From Candidatus Bathyarchaeota archaeon (GTDB lineage: Archaea; Thermoproteota; Bathyarchaeia; Bathyarchaeales; Bathycorpusculaceae), in the NCBI GenBank assembly GCA_963833575.1, contig CAWHXY010000007.1:576001-640000 (forward strand): DNA of 64,000 nt. Direction: 5' to 3'. The notes beneath the pieces are model-generated. The model searched no databases and was not told the origin of the DNA. It saw only the letters and a list, made by a program, of their open reading frames with translations. A program made the position numbers and the translations under genes. Below are positions 49,678 to 57,371 of this stretch, one piece after another (within the stretch, counting starts at the first letter, position 1; every line of letters starts with the position of its first letter).

Positions 49678-50403
49678 AAGCATTAACAGAAGAGGTATCG
49701 CTCCGAGGATTGCAAATAGTGCTCCAATAATCAGTGAAGAGGAAATGAGACTGTTCCATGACATCTTTAGGTCTGAATACCAATCTGGTAACAAATAGTT
49801 GTTGCTTTCAAAGTTGACCCATAAGTTGGATAAACCAAAAAAGAGAATGCTTGTACCACCAGCAAGAGAAACAGATGCAAGTCTTCTTCCAATGCCAATA
49901 CCCCATATTATTCCGAGAACAATCAAGAAAGAACCAATTAAGAGGTACCCCAAAAGAGTTACCTGCATATTGAACACCACTAACGAGATTAAAAATTGTG
50001 GCGAAACATCAGGCGGCACAATATCTTGTACTGGGACGGACAAATTCCAAAAATCAATAATATTGATATACCAATGTACCCAATAAACCAATAAAATGTA
50101 CGTTACAATTGCTATGAGCGTAAATCCAACTGCTATTAAGCAGTAGAACACTTTGCTTTTGATTTGTCGAATTATTGCAATCCCGATAACGGCAGAAAAT
50201 GCCCCTGCAATTAAGCAAACGCTAATGAGTGGTGCTTGAACATACCAGAAATAAAATCGATTCAGATAGCCCTCGGCTGAAAACTCGTTGATTTCAAGAT
50301 AATATGCTAATATGACTACTGCAATAATAATTAAGGCTAATCCGATAGCAACTGGAATGTATCCTCGTTTGTCTTTTTTCTTTGTCTTTTCCAAAGTTGC
50401 CAT
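49642..50403 (-). CDS. polytopic membrane protein ending in RHRKT tail
   Basis: about 6 TM segments; stop codon lies inside repeat A copy 1. Confidence 0.75.
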   Translation of the reverse strand: MATLEKTKKKDKRGYIPVAIGLALIIIAVVILAYYLEINEFSAEGYLNRFYFWYVQAPLISVCLIAGAFSAVIGIAIIRQIKSKVFYCLIAVGFTLIAIVTYILLVYWVHWYINIIDFWNLSVPVQDIVPPDVSPQFLISLVVFNMQVTLLGYLLIGSFLIVLGIIWGIGIGRRLASVSLAGGTSILFFGLSNLWVNFESNNYLLPDWYSDLKMSWNSLISSSLIIGALFAILGAIPLLLMLRHRKTSQVKKV

Positions 50404-50405
50404 AA

Positions 50406-51570
50406 CTACTCACTCAAGTTAGCGGTTTTTCGACTCCTTCGATAAATCAGCAATAGGACAACGACAACTAAGATGATTACGAGAGATGTAATTAAAATAA
50501 TCATAAGAGCACTCAGATATGGAAGCGGATGATGGTCAACGTTATTAGCGTCAATAACATAAGCAAACGGGTTATTGTAATCACTCCAATAATTGCCAGT
50601 TGACCCTTTATCCCATAAAACCATATCTGTTCCATTATTAACATAGCCAACGTCATATGGAAACGCATGTTCGACTTTTGCGTTTATTTTATTGTAGATA
50701 AAATGATTGTTATAGACAACGTTTCCTATACCTAATGGGTAGCCATCAACTCTAAGTGGAGCGAGAGATGAAGCTGTTGCAAAATTCATCAGGTCAATGC
50801 CTATTTGATTGTAGGCTAAATTATTATCCTGTACGATAGAATCACTACAATTTTCGCCAAATTGGATACCGTATCCAGTATTGTATGCTATGTTATTACT
50901 GTTAATGTAGAAAGGACCGTAAAAGCGAATAAGCACACCATTTGCATTATGTGATATATCGTTGTGATTCACAGTTACATTTTGGCTTGAATCAATAATT
51001 ATCGCTGTACCTTTGTTATCAGTTATGGTATTGTTTGAGATTTATGCTATTTGACGAAGCGAAGTAAATACCGTAGCCATCATTATTTGTTATGCTGTTT
51101 GAAGAGATAACGTTATTATCGCTAACTTCTGAGTCAATTCCTGCAAATTCGGAGTTTTCAATTTTGTTGTTGGTTATTTTGCAATTGCTGTTTGGCAAGT
51201 GTATTGCCGTTGGATAAAAACTACTGATAATTGTAAAACCTGAAAGGACAACATTATCGACTGTAATATCAATTAAGGCATTTGCGTAATAACTTGCTGT
51301 TCCTTCAATAGTTGTTGCTTGGTTATCCTGTCCGATTAATGAAACAGATTTGTTAATAGTTATTCCCGTGAATCCTGTAATATTGTATATTCCATCTTTT
51401 ACATACACGGTGTCTCCTGCACTTGCATTGCCTATTGCTTCTTGAATGGTTGGGTATTGGTCGGGAACAACAAGCGTTTTTGGGGAATCAGCCTTAACAA
51501 CAGAGTTTGAAACTAAAACTAACGACATTCCAAAAAAGAAAACAATCACTAAGGCTAAACACTTGTTCAT
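50406..51570 (-). pseudogene. frameshifted NosD/CASH beta-helix surface protein
   Basis: removing one T from 51041-51043 fuses ...ASSNSI to ISNNTITDNKGTAIIIDSSQNVTVNHND...; VPDQYPTIQEAI, GNYWSDY, TM plus RRSRKTAN. Confidence 0.8.
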
Positions 51571-51615
51571 ACTACCCCATCCCTCTTCCTTAATCTTGTC
51601 ATGGGCTGATGGTTC

Positions 51616-51681
51616 AATAAAAGTATTGCAGTAAAACTTCCTTGACTGCTATTAGTTAAACTTTCTTGACTTGCTGTCTTC
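51616..51681 (-). repeat. repeat A copy 2 (core 51642-51671)
   Basis: aataaaagtattgcagtaaaacttcc TTGACT gctatt AGTTAA actttc TTGACT tgctgtcttc. Confidence 0.88.
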
Positions 51682-51704
51682 AAGTCTTCTTTTCAAGTGT
51701 TTTA

Positions 51705-51790
51705 AACTCAAACCCTCCGGCATTTTAGGCGGGGAATCGAATTGAACCCACACTCCAGTAGAGATTTCACCCGCATTTCCCCTTTTTTTT
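51705..51790 (+). repeat. repeat B copy 1 (structured element ending in T-tract)
   Basis: aactcaaaccctccggcattttaggcggggaatcgaattgaacccacactccagtagagatttcacccgcatttcccctttttttt. Confidence 0.85.
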
Positions 51791-51863
51791 ACGTGAACCT
51801 TCCTTTTATCAAGGTAATCGTTTAGAGTTCAGTTTAAATTCTGGAAACCAAACGAAAGAAAGC

Positions 51864-51919
51864 AGGGGGTTGGACTTGTACCCACACTTCTGTGGAAACC
51901 CATCCTCATTTCTTTTTTT
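51864..51919 (+). repeat. repeat B divergent/partial copy
   Basis: agggggttggacttgtacccacacttctgtggaaacccatcctcatttcttttttt; same stem layout. Confidence 0.6.
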
Positions 51920-52002
51920 AATCAAATTTTGTTCGAGCTATTCGTCCTGACTACCTTTTAAATCACGATAATTCAATACAGCCAACCTCAAAAAGAAAAA
52001 GC

Positions 52003-52194
52003 ATGACATCTTCTAACCAAAATGTGACTGGCAGTTATGCAGTTTGCCCAAAATGTGGTTTTAAAAGGATAACAAAAGATGGAACCTATAGGATGGAAAC
52101 AAAACATGGAATGAATTTTTTCTTAGTAGATGCTTACGTCTGTGATAATTGCGGTTATATTGAGTTTTATAAGATGAGAGAGCCTATTTTGTGA
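52003..52194 (+). CDS. small zinc-ribbon protein (DUF2082-like)
   Basis: CPKCG...YVCDNCGYIEFY; TTTTAAA TATA upstream. Confidence 0.7.
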   Translation: MTSSNQNVTGSYAVCPKCGFKRITKDGTYRMETKHGMNFFLVDAYVCDNCGYIEFYKMREPIL

Positions 52195-52205
52195 CCAGTT
52201 TTTGA

Positions 52206-52289
52206 AGAGTACCGCTTTTGCCGTTGCTCCTTTCAATGTTCTTTGTTGCTGTGATAGTTAGGAATCGAAAAACCGCAAACATGAAATGA
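52206..52289 (+). pseudogene. orphan C-terminal membrane-anchor fragment
   Basis: reads RVPLLPLLLSMFFVAVIVRNRKTANMK* with an in-frame stop immediately upstream; matches array tails but on the opposite strand. Confidence 0.6.
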
Positions 52290-52308
52290 GATAACAGAGT
52301 CAGGGTTG

Positions 52309-52389
52309 AACTCAAACCCTCGGGCACTTTAGATGGGGAATCGAATTGAACCCACACTCCTTGGAGACTTCTCTGCATCTCCTTTTTTT
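52309..52389 (+). repeat. repeat B copy 2
   Basis: aactcaaaccctcgggcactttagatggggaatcgaattgaacccacactccttggagacttctctgcatctccttttttt. Confidence 0.85.
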
Positions 52390-52392
52390 GTT

Positions 52393-52683
52393 CTAAGAAG
52401 GGTTCTGTTTTGTGTCTTCGCTCGTAGTTATTATTATTCTTCCTCGAATTCCAAGATAACCTGCCGCTACGACTACCAACCCAAGAATAAATATGACAAT
52501 GCCACCGCTTACATGTGAAAGAGCCCCCGTGTTAGCTAAAGTTATGCTGCCAAAATTAGTTAACCCATTAATGGCATTGAAAAATCCAGAACTTATTAAA
52601 ACAACACCTAATAAAGCAATTATTGCCCAAAAAATCTGTATAGTGGGTCTACCAATCTTGATAATTATCGTCATTCTGGTCAC
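52393..52683 (-). CDS. small two-TM membrane protein
   Basis: two hydrophobic helices; GTG start with AAGGTGA-like context. Confidence 0.6.
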   Translation of the reverse strand: MTRMTIIIKIGRPTIQIFWAIIALLGVVLISSGFFNAINGLTNFGSITLANTGALSHVSGGIVIFILGLVVVAAGYLGIRGRIIITTSEDTKQNPS

Positions 52684-52702
52684 CTTTCATAAGCTACAAC
52701 GC

Positions 52703-53527
52703 TTAAAAGATTTTAGAACTTAATGTTTTTTGATACCTTAGTATTATTGCAACAGAGAGCGTCATGAGAAACAAAGGCAGAATCGCCCACAAAGGAAACT
52801 CCGGAACGGCAGGAGTTGGAGTCGGCGATGATGTTGAAGTTGGCGTTGGAGTTAACGTTGAGTTTAAGGATAACGGGGTAGGCGTTGGGTTTGACGAGGG
52901 AGATGCAGTGATTGAAGTAGAAGTTGACCCGTTAGATATGGTTATGGTTTGTGTGTTGCTCCAACCGCTTGATTGACCTGTAAAGTCTTCAGCACCATAA
53001 AGGGAATAAGGGGAAGGAACCGTTATCCAATACCCTATTGTTGCTTCTACTTGAAAGTCTACTTGACCGCCAGCGATAACTTCGGCTTGACCGGTGTTCC
53101 AGATTGGAGTGTATGAACCATTATACAGGGTCACCTCATAGCTGATGACCGTGTATTCAGAATTACTCGCAGGAACCCATGTGGAAATTGTATTCCATTC
53201 GTTGCCGTTGCTGAAATGTCCTTCTTCCTGAACGTTGTACGTCAAGCTAAGTGTGGTGCCGTTCTCAAGAGCGTTCGCATTAAAAGCTTGGTTTAGAATC
53301 ACAATCTGCACCGTGTCGTTGGCATACGTGTGCGTTACGGTTGCTCCTGTATCCGTATTTGTTGTGTTCACACTGTAAGATGATTCAGTGTATGTTACAC
53401 TAAACTCTGGAGCCGATGGTGTGGGTATCGACTGAGCAAATACGGGTTTAACTATCATTAGACTTAAACTTGAGATAGCGATGATTAGAATCAGAATAAC
53501 TGCGAAACTCTTGATTGTTCTTCCCAT
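52703..53527 (-). CDS. secreted surface protein with PT linker and PEF-CTERM-like sorting signal
   Basis: signal peptide, PTPSAPEF, SGWSNTQTITI, VPEFP-TM-RYQKT. Confidence 0.85.
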   Translation of the reverse strand: MGRTIKSFAVILILIIAISSLSLMIVKPVFAQSIPTPSAPEFSVTYTESSYSVNTTNTDTGATVTHTYANDTVQIVILNQAFNANALENGTTLSLTYNVQEEGHFSNGNEWNTISTWVPASNSEYTVISYEVTLYNGSYTPIWNTGQAEVIAGGQVDFQVEATIGYWITVPSPYSLYGAEDFTGQSSGWSNTQTITISNGSTSTSITASPSSNPTPTPLSLNSTLTPTPTSTSSPTPTPAVPEFPLWAILPLFLMTLSVAIILRYQKTLSSKIF

Positions 53528-53550
53528 AGTTATAGCTAGAAATGATTTTG

Positions 53551-53633
53551 GATAAAAGACTTCTCGTAAAAATATCTTGACTGATTTAAGTCAAAGTTTC
53601 TTGACTTCCTGAGTTAGCGGTTTTTCGATGCCT
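53551..53633 (-). repeat. repeat A copy 3 (core 53577-53606)
   Basis: gataaaagacttctcgtaaaaatatc TTGACT gattta AGTCAA agtttc TTGACT tcctgagttagcggtttttcgatgcct. Confidence 0.9.
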
Positions 53634-54515
53634 TCTATAAAATACTACGCTTAAAACTACTATGACGACTGCTCCACTTGAGACAATGACAATACTTAAC
53701 GTTGGCAAGTTAGTCGGCATAGGCAAAAAACCCTCAGTCTTTATAAGGTAAATTGTGCCCGACATTGGGATATCAACCGCCTCATATCCGACTCCCATTA
53801 TAGCAAGTGCGCCATCGGAAGTTTCAATTACTGAAGCTACCTTAAGAGGAGTAGCATATCCATATGGGTTCGTATAGTTCAAATTTAACACCCATTGAGT
53901 GTTATTATTGGAATCGGTTTTGATTATGCTTCCACCTGTCCAATAAGCAAACCCATCATCGCTTGTTCTAATCTTTCCGACTGATGAAGGGTCTAAATCG
54001 ACTAATGAAGAAGTCAATGAAGGAGTTACTTCTAAATTCGGAACGCTTGAATAGTTTCTAACAGATTCAATGTTTCCTTGAGGGTCCATTTTGATAAGAT
54101 TATATTCAAAAGCAGAATTATCCCAATATCCTGAAACTTCCAGTCCTCTATCGCTTGTCTGCTTAATTGCTAATCCAAGAATGTTATTGATGGCTTTTGT
54201 CCAGTTGATATTTCCCGAAGAGTCAACCTTGAAAACTATTGAGGGTGCAAAATTACCGTAAGAACCCCAACCTTCATCCATGAAGACATACCCACCATCA
54301 CTTGTCTGAATCAGATTGGAAACAGCTGCGACACCTTGAACCATATTGGTTACAGCTTGAACACCTGTGCCGTTGAAAAAAGCACCATATGTTTGTTGCC
54401 AAGCTATAGCAGGTGCTTGATTACTTGACTGTGCCTTGACAATGGTTGGTTGAACGGTTACTAAAGGTGTTAGAAGTAAGACAAGAACACTCATTAAAGC
54501 CAAACACTTGTTCAT
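53586..54515 (-). CDS. secreted C-anchored TSDGGY-repeat (propeller-like) protein
   Basis: signal peptide MNKCLAL, QTSDGGY repeats, TM plus RRHRKTANSGSQETLT. Confidence 0.85.
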   Translation of the reverse strand: MNKCLALMSVLVLLLTPLVTVQPTIVKAQSSNQAPAIAWQQTYGAFFNGTGVQAVTNMVQGVAAVSNLIQTSDGGYVFMDEGWGSYGNFAPSIVFKVDSSGNINWTKAINNILGLAIKQTSDRGLEVSGYWDNSAFEYNLIKMDPQGNIESVRNYSSVPNLEVTPSLTSSLVDLDPSSVGKIRTSDDGFAYWTGGSIIKTDSNNNTQWVLNLNYTNPYGYATPLKVASVIETSDGALAIMGVGYEAVDIPMSGTIYLIKTEGFLPMPTNLPTLSIVIVSSGAVVIVVLSVVFYRRHRKTANSGSQETLT

Positions 54516-54558
54516 TCTATCCCATCAATCTTCCTTAACCTGTGAGGGAGCTATTGAT

Positions 54559-54638
54559 GATAAAAAGATATTCGTAAAGGTTCCTTAACTGAAATTAGTC
54601 AAAGTTTCTTGACTTCCTGATCTAGCGGTTTTTCGATG
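54559..54638 (-). repeat. repeat A copy 4 (core 54585-54614)
   Basis: gataaaaagatattcgtaaaggttcc TTAACT gaaatt AGTCAA agtttc TTGACT tcctgatctagcggtttttcgatg. Confidence 0.9.
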
Positions 54639-55571
54639 TCTCCTATAAATTAACAGAACAATACTTGAGGCAACAACTACCGCTAAAAGTGCAATTATTA
54701 GAATTTGTTCATTAACGGTTATTATGTTGGGAGCTGGTGTGGGACTTGGTAAAGGTGTCGATAAAGGACTTTGTGACGGCAAAGGCAAAAATGCAGCAGT
54801 TTTCATTAAATAAATAGGACCCCATAAACCTTGAGGTTGCAAATAAGGGTCTGCAATGCCAAGACATGCAAGTGCTCCATCTGATGTTTCGATGATGGAA
54901 AATATTTTAAAAGGAAAAGTGATGGTGCCATTATAATAATTTGAAGGAATTGGATAAGGGAAATTTTCAATCCATTGTGTATTGTTATTTGGATTAGTTT
55001 TCACAAGGGTAGGAAAAGACGTTACTGTAGGAAAAACGTTTGAGTTTGCTGGTTCAAAGTAAGCGAACCCACCGTCGCTGGTTTGAATATTTGATGAGGC
55101 AATGGCTAAGTCTAAAACCGTAATTGTGTTTTCATACCATTGCATATTTCCCTTAGAATCGGTTTTAATGACAGCTGGTGTGTCAACGTAGGTGGTTCCG
55201 TATGTTGACCATTGTCCTGATATTTCATATCCGCCATCGCTGGTTTGAATGAGGTTTGACGCTGTAAATGATTTGATAGTTTTATTCCATTGCATATTGC
55301 CTAAAGAATCAAGCTTGTAGAGAATTGCAGGAGTAAAAAAGGTCTGGTAGAACTTGGCGCAATCTAAAAAGGCGTATCCACCATCACTTGTTTGAATCAA
55401 ATTAGAAACTAATTGAGTATTTCCTGACCCATATAATTTTTGCCATTGGGTGGCAGGAAAGGAAGTGGTGCTTGAGGTTTGGGCTGAAACTAAAGTAAAT
55501 TGAAGAATTATTAAAGATATTATGAAAACAGCAACGAGGAATGAATCGAAACTTTTGCTTAAACTACGCAT
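54585..55571 (-). CDS. secreted C-anchored TSDGGY-repeat protein (paralog of 53586..54515)
   Basis: VSNLIQTSDGGY, IETSDGALA, TM plus RRHRKTARSGSQETLTNFS. Confidence 0.85.
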   Translation of the reverse strand: MRSLSKSFDSFLVAVFIISLIILQFTLVSAQTSSTTSFPATQWQKLYGSGNTQLVSNLIQTSDGGYAFLDCAKFYQTFFTPAILYKLDSLGNMQWNKTIKSFTASNLIQTSDGGYEISGQWSTYGTTYVDTPAVIKTDSKGNMQWYENTITVLDLAIASSNIQTSDGGFAYFEPANSNVFPTVTSFPTLVKTNPNNNTQWIENFPYPIPSNYYNGTITFPFKIFSIIETSDGALACLGIADPYLQPQGLWGPIYLMKTAAFLPLPSQSPLSTPLPSPTPAPNIITVNEQILIIALLAVVVASSIVLLIYRRHRKTARSGSQETLTNFS

Positions 55572-55594
55572 AATTACACAAAAGAATCGTATTC

Positions 55595-55663
55595 GATAAA
55601 AGCCTATTCGTAAAAGTTCCTTGACCGAGTTTAGTCAAGGTTTCTTGACTTGACTGTTTTCGA
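55595..55663 (-). repeat. repeat A copy 5 (core 55621-55650)
   Basis: gataaaagcctattcgtaaaagttcc TTGACC gagttt AGTCAA ggtttc TTGACT tgactgttttcga. Confidence 0.9.
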
Positions 55664-55680
55664 GCCACCGTTTAGCGTTG

Positions 55681-55759
55681 AACTAAAACTCTCCGGCAAT
55701 TCAGGTGGGGAATCAAATTGAACCCACGTAGCAGTGGAAACTTTCCTTGAATCTCTTTT
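55681..55759 (+). repeat. repeat B copy 3
   Basis: aactaaaactctccggcaattcaggtggggaatcaaattgaacccacgtagcagtggaaactttccttgaatctctttt. Confidence 0.8.
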
Positions 55760-55813
55760 ACTGAAATTAGGGTTTGAAATTTGTTGCGGGCTAGTGGCAA
55801 ACATATTTGATTG

Positions 55814-56389
55814 TTAAGATTTGAGTTTTTTTAGCAGCCAAGCTATATTTTGGCCTAAGTCATCCATTGTTTGCATGGCTTCGTTATCTTTTTCAACATC
55901 GCCTTTGTTTAAGCCTATTCCTATATTCCAATAGGATGAGCCAGGAATTATCATCTCGCTAATGAGAAAGAAATGATTTATAGCATCAAATGTCGGAATT
56001 GCACCTGCCCTTCGAACTGCAACAACTGCGGCACCAACTTTTCTCCTAAATAAATCAGAATTAGCTCGACTGACAAATCCTGAACGATCAATAAGAGCTT
56101 TCAATTCAGAAGACATCATTGAAAAATAAGTTGGAGAACCAAGGATAATTCCATCTGCCGCAACCATCTTTTCGATATATAGGTTAACATTATCGTTTAC
56201 AATTTTGCATTGCTTATTTTTGATTTTGAAGCATACACCGCAAGCTGTGCAACCGTGAATTTGCTCGCCTGCTAACTGAATTAGTTCGGTTTCTATTCCT
56301 TCACTTTCAAGAACCTGCAAGACCCGGCGAATCAAAATAGCAGTGTTTCCATCTTTCCGTGCGCTTCCATTAAAAGCAACAACCTTCAT
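55814..56389 (-). CDS. iron-sulfur flavoprotein / NADPH-dependent FMN reductase family
   Basis: [16 protein letters not shown]-6-C, GSPTYF, RRAG. Confidence 0.9.
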   Translation of the reverse strand: MKVVAFNGSARKDGNTAILIRRVLQVLESEGIETELIQLAGEQIHGCTACGVCFKIKNKQCKIVNDNVNLYIEKMVAADGIILGSPTYFSMMSSELKALIDRSGFVSRANSDLFRRKVGAAVVAVRRAGAIPTFDAINHFFLISEMIIPGSSYWNIGIGLNKGDVEKDNEAMQTMDDLGQNIAWLLKKLKS

Positions 56390-56438
56390 TTTACAAACCT
56401 CTAAATGTAGCTTAGAGATTTAGGATAAAAAAGTAGCG

Positions 56439-57371
56439 TCAAGAAATTTTTCTCTTTCTCATCCGCTTAATGGTAAACACCGCCGCAAGCAACACCGCAG
56501 ATAACGATATTCCAAAAACTATTGCTTCAACTGTTATCATTGATATTTGAGTAGATGATTTAATCGGACTTTGCATCAACGGAAACCGATCCCGATCTAA
56601 AACATCAATTGCATAGGGAGTATCGCCTATTCCATCATGATTTGTGTCGGTGCCATTATAATCGCTCCAGTAATTTCCCTGTTTTCCATTATCCCAATTG
56701 TGCGGCGGCTCTGACATATTGTACGTTTTACATTGGCAACCGCTAAGTTGGACTTTATTGTTTTCAAAATCGTTTTGAAATACCATTATGTCGTTTGGGA
56801 CTACCCCCGTATTGAAGCCCATAAATACGCCTCGCATATTGTCGGAAATGTAATTTTGTGATAATGTGGCATTTGAGCCTGAAATCAATAATCCAACAAT
56901 ATTATCGGAGACAGTATTTCTGGTTACAGTATTGTTTTGGGTCCAGATGTACATGCCAATACTGAAGTTCTCGACGTTTAAGTTCTCAATTGTAATTCCA
57001 TTTACGCTCTTATTTCCTAAGTCAATGCCTATAGTGTATTTGTCCAGGGTGTTTGGGTCTGGTCCAGTTCCTATAACCCATATGTCTGTTGAGTTGCCGT
57101 TAAACGGACCCCTGAGCGTGTAGCCAGCGCCGTCAAGAACTGTATTACTTTTCAAGATTTTTATCGCTGCGTAAACGTTATCAATAAAAGTATAGATGTT
57201 TCCACTTCTCTGAATTGGCGCGGTGTCAGGGTAAATACTCCCGTCAGGTTGAATGAAAATTGTTGGTAGAACCGGTTGCGCGTTGGCGGATTTAAATACA
57301 AATATTGGTGAAACGAGTGCTAAGAAGATCATTATTGAAACTTTAGTTTTCTGAGCTCTCAATTTCCTCAT
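56439..57371 (-). CDS. NosD/CASH beta-helix surface protein
   Basis: IQPDGSI, LDGAGYTL, GNYWSDYNGTDTNHDGIGDTPY, C-terminal TM. Confidence 0.85.
   Translation of the reverse strand: MRKLRAQKTKVSIMIFLALVSPIFVFKSANAQPVLPTIFIQPDGSIYPDTAPIQRSGNIYTFIDNVYAAIKILKSNTVLDGAGYTLRGPFNGNSTDIWVIGTGPDPNTLDKYTIGIDLGNKSVNGITIENLNVENFSIGMYIWTQNNTVTRNTVSDNIVGLLISGSNATLSQNYISDNMRGVFMGFNTGVVPNDIMVFQNDFENNKVQLSGCQCKTYNMSEPPHNWDNGKQGNYWSDYNGTDTNHDGIGDTPYAIDVLDRDRFPLMQSPIKSSTQISMITVEAIVFGISLSAVLLAAVFTIKRMRKRKIS

Noticed and set aside
51725-51775. Repeat B as tRNA or tRNA-derived att site (minus strand GTGGGTTCAATTCGATTCCCC resembles a T-arm)
   Set aside because: T-stem does not close with a 7-nt loop; no D or anticodon arms and no acceptor stem
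51864-51919. Repeat B as a hammerhead ribozyme (hairpin followed by GAAAC)
   Set aside because: The CUGANGA core is absent
49602-55663. Repeat A as canonical integron attC sites
   Set aside because: No paired RYYYAAC...GTTRRRY boxes or attC-type hairpin; the units contain promoters; no intI in the window
49602-55759. Repeats A/B as a CRISPR array (B contains GAATTGAAC, similar to archaeal repeat ends)
   Set aside because: Copies are degenerate and separated by 0.1-3 kb including whole genes; no 30-45 nt spacers and no cas genes
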